From NCBI GenBank assembly GCA_965153355.1, contig OZ231126.1:1798001-1862000 (forward strand): DNA of 64,000 nt. The letters are read 5' to 3'. This stretch comes from Flaccisagitta enflata (lineage: Eukaryota). The position numbers were made by a program, and so were the translations under genes. Shown in pieces: positions 55,477 through 64,000 of the stretch (position 1 is the first letter of the stretch; every line of letters begins with the position of its first letter). The notes under the pieces are model-generated. The model was not told where the DNA came from, did not search any database, and was given only the letters and a program-made list of their open reading frames with translations.

Positions 55477-56495
55477 CAAAAACAAAACAAAACAAAACAA
55501 ATCAAAACAAAACAAAACAAAACAAAACAAAACAAAACAAAACAAAACAAAACAAAACAAAACAAAACAAAACAAAACAAAACAAAACTGACTATGAAAA
55601 AAAAACGTATGAAATATCTACGATATTGAATTGGCGAGGTTTGGATTGATTTAAGATTCACAACATCATCCTTTTGATGAGATTGGTAACGATGATTGTA
55701 AATGTTCCAATTGAGGATTAATATTCATTAACTTTTCTAAAGTATGACGTTTGCACTCTTCATTTGATTCGCGGGGCGGACTGTATTCGTTTCCTTTTTT
55801 GTTTTGATTTGTTTTGTTTTTTGTTTTTTTAACAGTCATCTCTGATGCACACTTCACTGAAATCGCTCCCAGTTCAAACCAAAGTGTTGCGCAAAAATAT
55901 CGCCCTTGTAGGTGGGGACATTCAATTCCATGTTAAGGACATTCATTGTCATGGTAAGGACATTTATTTCCATGGTAAGGAAAATAAATCGTTTTTTTTT
56001 TTTTGAATGTGAAATACCCCGAAGCAAATAGCGAAAGGCGAGAAAAGGACAACAAACATAAATACATAATTAGATGAACAGTTAAATAGATAAATAGATA
56101 AATAGATAAATAGATAAATAGATAAATAGATAAATAGATAATTAGATAAATAGATAAACAAATAGATGAAAAGATAAATAAGTTGATGAATAGATTACTA
56201 GATAAGTGAATAAATAAATAAATATAGATAAATAGATAAATAGATAAATAGATAAATAGATAAACAGATAAATAGATGAATAGATAATTAGATAAATAGA
56301 TAAACAAATAGATGAAAAGATAAATAAGTTGATGAATAGATTACTAGATAAGTGAATAAATAAATAAATATAGATAAATAGATAAATAGATAAATAGATA
56401 AATAGATAAACAGATAAATAGATAAATAGATAAATAGATAAATAGATAAATAGATAAATAGATAAATAGATGAACAGATAATAAGATAAATAGAT
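55477..56495. repeat. (CAAAA)n at 55477-55586 and (TAGATAAA)n at ~56085-56495
   Basis: Direct sequence. Confidence 0.93.
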
Positions 56496-57606
56496 GAATC
56501 ATACAACAACAATAAAATGTTAAATAAGAGCGAACAATGAAGATTGACGACGAATTTTTGTGGTGCCGATGATACGGTTTACGGCGACAAATGAAATGGC
56601 GACTTTGGAAATTTTAGGGTGAATGAAGGCGAAAATCTTTTTGCCCAAACGAGGAAGCGCTTCTGTGGGTTCGTCTTAACGAAGTGCGAATGTTCATTTA
56701 GAGCTTCCGTCTCGATGCACACGTAAGAGGGGATCTTGCAAACGTCGTCATAATCGTCGTCGTCCTCAAGCTAACAACGTCGTAATCGTCGTCGTCCATA
56801 TGGTCGTCGTCTGTGGCGTATTCTTCATTGTCATCTTTTTGGATCATCATCCTCGTTTTCGTCGTCGTCGCCGTCTTCGTTGGCTTCATCGTGGTCGTCG
56901 TCGTCCTCCTCATCGTCATCGTTGTTGTCGTCGTCGTCGCCGTCATCGTCGTCGGCCTCAACGTTGGTTCTTTGAATTTTGTCGTTGTCGTAAAACATGG
57001 GCAATTTTTCGTCGTTTTCATCATATTTGTTTCCACATTGAAATTGATCACGACTCTGCTACGAACCCTTAAAATTGTCTCTTCTTTCCCCCAAACACCC
57101 TCAAAGTTACGAACGAAAACTATCTCTACAACCCGCAAACACCCTCAAAGTTAAACAAAACTATCTTTCTTACCTTCACTATTATTTCTGTAACCCTCAA
57201 AACAACCTTTGCTACCCCCAAAGTTGAGTAAAACTACCACTGCTACCTCCTCAGCTAATCCTGTTACCCTCAAATCTACCTCTGCTACCCCCAAAGTTAC
57301 ACATAACTATCACTGCTGACATGACAGCAACCTCCTCAACCATTTCTGTTACCCTAATAACTACCTCTGCTACCTCCACCATCATTGCTTCATTTCAGTG
57401 CCAATGGCTGTTTTGTTTCTCAGTTTTTCGTCGCCTCACTCTTTAGTCTAAGTAAGTTTTAGTCTGAGCAAGTTTTAGTTAATGTCAGTTTATCAGTCCT
57501 TGTTTGTTTGTTTGTTTTTGGATTGTTTGCGTGTGTTGTCTTTTTGTTTGTTTGTTAGTTTTTTGTTTGTTTGTATGATTGTTCGACACTGTCTTTGTCT
57601 CTGTCC

Positions 57607-57780
<174 letters not shown>

Positions 57781-57947
57781 GTGTCTCAGCGTAACGCAGT
57801 ATACACACGAGTCTCGTACGACGGTGTTATCTCACAGGCACACACCCCTAAGCAAACGTGTATTCTAGTTCGATTAGCGTATTCATCGTCATCATCGTCG
57901 CCACCTCCTAAATCGTCGTCGTCGTCACCGTCATCATCGTCACCATA

Positions 57948-58555
57948 CTATCTTGGAAATAAATATACGGACACTTGATAAAAAAGTTCATTTATTGACT
58001 GGAAAAGTACATGAATATGTTGAAAAACGCCTAGTACATTGTATGTCCGCCTTGGGCATCGACCACTGCTTGCATTTGGCGTGGCATTGAATCGTAGAGT
58101 GACGCCAAGTAATCTGGAGTGATCTTCTCCCAAACCAGTAGCGCAATTCTTTTCAGCCCTTCTTTTGAAGTTGCCCTTACGTCCGATTGCGCGTAAACTT
58201 GGGCCTTCACCCCTTAGAGCGATAATTGCCCCTTTGGTATCTAGGGAAATGCGTTTTTCCAGAGGCATTGTAAAAAAAAACCGAAGTAAAAAAGAAAAAA
58301 TCCCGGAGGCAATGAGCCCAGATGGCGCCGAAAGGTATGGTGAAAATTATCCACAATTTTTTTCCAAATTCGAAAAGCAACGTTTTTACTCATTCGGCTC
58401 TCATTTCTAAACGAATAAAGATACTGCATTGGGCTTGGTCTAGATCGCTAGATCTTTCGAAGACGCGCATTTCTAAAAAAAAACGAATGTTCTACGACAA
58501 AAATTAAGCGCGCTATGACTATAAACAGCTGTCCGTATATTTATTTCTAAGATAG
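57948..58555 (-). mobile_element. Internally deleted Tc1/mariner element (608 bp, 26-bp TIR, TA TSD) with a transposase N-terminal remnant
   Basis: TA|ctatcttggaaataaatatacggaca ... tgtccgtatatttatttctaagatag|TA. Minus-strand MPLEKRISLDTKGAIIALRGEGPSLRAIGRK from 58268 resembles a Tc1-family N-terminal HTH. Confidence 0.82.
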
Positions 58556-60323
58556 TAGTCGTCGTCATCATCGCCGAAGTCGTTTGCCATTTCTTGTTTC
58601 TCTTGCTTTAAGCGGTAGTGATGGTCGATCTTAATACATGTCTAATAGGGAGGAGGAAGATGAAGAAGAGGAAGAAAAGGAAGAAAAGGAAGATAAAAGA
58701 GTTGATGAGAAAGACGACGATGAGAAAGATCGGAGGGGAGAGAATGAACAGGAGGAAGAAGAGATAGCAGTTTCTTTAGTATTCATAGACCTATAAAGAG
58801 TAAAATATCTGTAAGAAAATATGAGTTCAAACTGAATTAACTGGATGAATCTAATAGCCATCCAGATTCAAATGTTATAAAAGAATGGAGGCTCAAGTAC
58901 TATCGTCGTTGTCGTTGTTGTTGCTTTTTGGGCAGCGGCCTCGAAGGGGTCGATGACTGAAGCTTTCATATACATGTAGATATGATCTTGGACATGAATC
59001 TTTGTCGTTTTCCAGATGTGGTTTTCTTGTCATTGTATTCAGTGTACACTTTCTGTTATATTGTAAACGTAACGTTCAATAGTACCTGAATCTCCTAACA
59101 TAAATTTGGGCCATCCATGAAGTGAGCAAGTGACGCGGGGTCACAATATTGTTGCGGACGGGTGGACAAGGGCATCCAACCCCCATCCATACCGCAACCC
59201 TCCTCCCACACACACAAAAATACACAGAAAGTATCTTAAACGCTTGTTTTGCCACTTTACAGCTCGAGGACCCCGGACAAAAGTTAAACAGACATACAGT
59301 GATACTATACAGATGGACAGTCGGGCAAAGCCTCTTGAAGAGTTCCGTTTCCGCAACTAAAATTCCAAACTAGTCCGCTTGCTTGACCCATGGGGACAAA
59401 GTTACCGCCTCACCCATGACTCGTATTAGAAAAGCTTGCGGACCTTTTATTTCGCCGTCTTCAGCATTTTTCGTTTTTTGTATCATCCATATTAATTTCA
59501 TGAGCGGAAGGCTACAGAGCATGCAAATTGAAGTTGATGACATCAAAATACGTAAAAGTTCCCCTTTTTTTTGTCTTAGCAATAAAAAAAATCCTTATGA
59601 AAGTGTTTGTTTTAACTTCAATTTATTCTTTTTCGAACTAGCCTCATAGAAAAGGACCCTACAAATGGGTCTTGATACTGGCCTCAATTTCTACTATCAT
59701 GGAAAAAATAAAAGTCCCACCTGTATGGCTAATTTGTGATGAAACAGCTTAAGAGAACCCATTAAAATCAGTGACCATTAGAAAAAGCTTGAAAACATCT
59801 TCAAAATGGCGCTAAGTAGAGCTATGTAGCTCAATTCGTTTAGATTTTAGAGCTAAAAGAGTGAAAACGTTCACCTCAACAAAAAGCAGAAAATATGCAA
59901 AAAAATGAGGGGGAAAAATTGACCTGTTCAAACCGTTTAGATTTTATATCAAAATGAATATACTTTGATCTGAAAGCGCTAAAAACAAGAATTGTTAAGA
60001 AAATCAAGGGACTTGTTATACAAAATTGTTAAAAAATCCTTCATCCATGTTTACCCAAATGATTACAAATGATATTTGGTGCCAAAAAAACCTTAACTAA
60101 TCATTTCTACACAAAAATTGAATTTTGTGCAGGAAATACCAGTTATAAATAGCAATACTATTTTACTGGGACTTTTATTTTTTCCAAGATAGTATTGTCC
60201 CGCCATGCTCTTAGCGCCTTTCGAGAAGCTCCACAGTCCACAGTCAAGAGGTCTGATTCCCCCATCCCCATAATTTGACCAAAGGTCATCGGTTATCGTC
60301 ATCGGCTGCCCATCACCCACTCA

Positions 60324-60901
<578 letters not shown>

Positions 60902-60978
60902 TTAATTACTCTTGGATCCTGTAAGCAATGCCCAATCTTCAATGATGCAAAACTGTCATTTTTTGCTATGAAGGATTT

Positions 60979-61272
60979 TTAGTCGCGTGCTACGCGACTC
61001 TATAAGCCACTATTCGGTCGGTCCGTCGGTCCGTCGGTCCGTCGGTCCGTCGGTCCGTCGGTCCGTTGGTCCGTCGGTCCGTCGGTCCGTCGGTCTCAAA
61101 ACTGTTTTAACGTTTTTTTAAAGCGCTTTTTACATCTGGAATGCACAAAAGAAATTTTGTGAAGTAAATAACCATTTCAAATGTCTTTTTGCAAAAAAAT
61201 TGTTTGTTTGTGTGTCTGCCTGACTTTTTTTGAAAGAGCCGACGCACGCGACTTAGGTCTAATGACCTTGTT
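60979..61272 (+). mobile_element. DINE-1/HINE-like element family 2 with (CGGTCCGT)n
   Basis: ttagtcgcgtgctacgcgact, 8-bp GTCC-type array, gcacgcgact, then aggtc..gaccttgtt hairpin end. Confidence 0.68.
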
Positions 61273-62526
61273 TTTAGTAGTTGTGGGCATGAGAGAATTG
61301 TGGGTACGTTTCTAAGGGTGGCCTCCTGGTTGTTAGGTAAATGAAACAAAAGTTATTACCCTGACTTCCCCGCTTACCGATCTCCGTTGCAACTGATACA
61401 ATCTTTTGACATATCTAGATCTAAACCTTCGCTCGTCTTCGCCTGTCTAGAGGGATTTACCAATTCAACTTTTAAGGTGGCCGGTCTGAAGGAGTGACCG
61501 TGTTGCTATATTTTTAAAAATAATACTATCAAATTTTACATCATTAGATAGCCTAGCGTTTAAGCTTTCCTCGGTTGTTCTTACTTTTCAAATACTCCTA
61601 ATATTTCAGGTGTAGTGATCAAAAGACGAAAGGTAGTTCATGATTTTATGAGCGCTCAAGCGTGAAATACGCTAAGTCTGAGAACAAAACATGTTTGTGA
61701 CTTTTTTTCTCTAAGTGGCGGAAATTGTCGTGACTTTTTTTACCCAAACTTTGAAAGCTCATATCTTTTGAACGGATTGACGGATTGACTTGATTTTTTG
61801 TATGGTAACATTATTTGACCTTGTTTACTAATATGTCAAGATTCAAGAAATTTCAGATATTGCAACCAGCCGAACCAGCCTACCTATCCAAAAATTTCAA
61901 ATTAGCGTAGCCAAAAAAGTGTTGTATGAAATTTTCTGAAATTTTGCATGAATAACCATCCAACCCCTGGACTAATCCTAGGTGAGTTGTATGGCGATCA
62001 CATGATTACTTTGGCCGTAATCACATGAAACATTTTTTTCGTTAGAAAGTTATTCAGTACTAGTCCACAGATTCCAAAGCAAAGCTCCTAACGTGGAATA
62101 TTAATGATGAATCCATCCTTTGATGTCATCTTAATAACAGCATTGCATATTTGCTCCTTGGTCTGAGCGTCTTCATCTTAAAAAAAAAATAAACTAATTC
62201 TAACTCAACAAATTCCGTTCACTATCGAAGCTTTCAGGCGACGGAACTAAGTAGAGTGTGTTTTAAGGATCTTTTTTGAGCGGCGGTTCTTTTCATGAAT
62301 GCTTATGGCGCAATTGAAATATTCAATTATTCACTCATCTTCCACCATTAATAAGAAGAAATGAAATAATAAAATTGATGTGAGAAGAAAAATCAAAATA
62401 GGACCGAATATCATAATGTGATGAATACATTTTAACACTGAAGACGTGAATGTTTTGAATTCTATCTAATCTGTCATTAAGAAACAAATTATATTTCATA
62501 TCATGTTTTGACACTTCCACTTTGGT

Positions 62527-62657
<131 letters not shown>

Positions 62658-63372
62658 GAGATGAAATGAGCAAACAGGCAGAAAAATGATTAAGAGAATC
62701 AAAATTAGTATCAAAAATTATTGACTCATAATATCTTTTGCTTGAAAAAACAGAAAATTCTAAAAACAATGATGGCTGTGAAAAAAAAAATTGGAGAAAA
62801 GGAACCTATTAACGAAAGATCCTTGGGTTAGTCCCTTGTCCATAGTCTATAACAAACCAAAATTGTAATCATTTGCAGAATTGAAACGGTAGTTGCCGTG
62901 GGGGGGGGGGTGTATAGGGGGGTTAGTTGTAGTGGGGAAGGTAGTTGCAAGATAACCTCCGTTTTCATTCACGCAACTCCAGCTGCATCAATCTGTCCGT
63001 CCGATTGTGATTGATTGTCGGTCCTCATGACTGGCCCTGTAAGTGTAACCGATGAATGTACTCTTCATGGTAAAACTACTCTTTTTTCTAGTGCAGAAAT
63101 GGTATCAGGACCTAAACGCCTGACCTTGTCGGAGTTAGGGCCCTCAGAGAAACAACCCAAAGTGGATATGCAATAGGATTACTCCAAGAACCTGCATTTG
63201 GTTCTACGGGGAGTACGTTATCTGCATATGAAAGGCTATGTTTATCATGGTTCTTGATAAAAATGTTGTTTAATTGATAAAGGATAGTTGTGATGAGTCC
63301 GGATTAAGAACCATTGAGAGTTCCCAAGACTCTCATCCTTTGTTTTTTATGTGTTCTTTTTTTCTTTCTTTT

Positions 63373-63862
63373 TTAGTTGCGGACACGCAACTCTATAAGA
63401 GGCTTTGTCCGTCCGTCGGTCAGTTGGTTGGTCGGTTGGTTGGTTGGTTGGTTGGTTGGTTGGTTGGTCCGTAGAGGTGATCGAGTCGAAAAGTGGGAAA
63501 ACGCGCATTACCGCCCCTGCCCACCCGTCCGCAACTGGTGGCCGTGTATCCGGCCTTGTTTTGTAAAGCAATGATGTCTTAAGTCATATGATATGATGAT
63601 GTAGATCTCCTAGGTCGGCCGACGCTGACAATGCGGAGTCGTTGGCTATCTTTAACAGGACGATTGTTAGTCGCGTGCACGCGACTCTACACCCCACTTT
63701 GTCGGTCCGTCCGTCCCTCCGTCCGTCCGTCCGTCACACTTTACTTTTTTTGGGTTTTTGCGGTCTATGGCCTCACTGCTCCTGCCCAAATGATCTGGTG
63801 TCCTCAATTACGGCCCCTGCCCACCCGCACGCGACTGAGGTAGCCGTGTATCCGGCCTTGTT
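63373..63862 (+). mobile_element. Two DINE-1/HINE-like family 2 elements (63373-63560 and 63667-63862)
   Basis: 5' palindromic subTIR, (GTCC)n/(GGTT)n, 3' subTIR, gccgtgtatccggcc hairpin, TT flanks. Confidence 0.75.
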
Positions 63863-64000
63863 TATGTATCTTCGGCATCTATTTGCTCTGTGTTCGCTCT
63901 CATGATGTCGAAGAAAAAAGAGAAAATATGATTTGGTATTTGAATACAATTTGTTTTTGTTGCCCCTTAACGCAATATTAGTAAAAGAAAACCTTTCGAC

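Noticed and set aside
61470-62180. TTAA-flanked DNA transposon (Kolobok/piggyBac-like)
   Set aside because: The interior looks TE-like, but I could not match convincing terminal inverted repeats.

Overview
This is animal (probably arthropod/pancrustacean) genomic DNA, very rich in microsatellites and small non-autonomous transposons. There are no prokaryotic features, CRISPR arrays, rRNA or tRNA genes. (1) 1-5536 is the 3' part of a BEL/Pao LTR retrotransposon: the pol end (RNase H, integrase, C-terminal domain with one in-frame TGA), then an intact 714-aa extra ORF in the env position, then a 3' LTR abutting an (AG)n tract. The extra ORF is not Env-like (acidic N-terminus, unknown globular domain, coiled coil with basic NLS-like stretch, RGG/Gly-His tail) and follows a strong splice acceptor. 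(2) A minus-strand engrailed-family homeobox gene spans 53415 to 13159 in five phase-consistent coding exons (~861 aa, EH1-EH5 all present) with a ~31-36 kb intron. Exon 2 lies in a ~4.85 kb tandem duplication. One copy is frameshifted by one base; the other stays open only through what looks like a compensated frameshift. A real duplication cannot be told from a haplotype/assembly artefact with this sequence alone. (3) Three candidate + strand exons at 7822-9231 may end an unidentified convergent gene. (4) Introns and flanks hold many DINE-1/HINE-like elements, Tc1/mariner- and hAT-type MITEs, minisatellites and a second ~2.3 kb duplication. Most short ORFs in the track are microsatellite artefacts.
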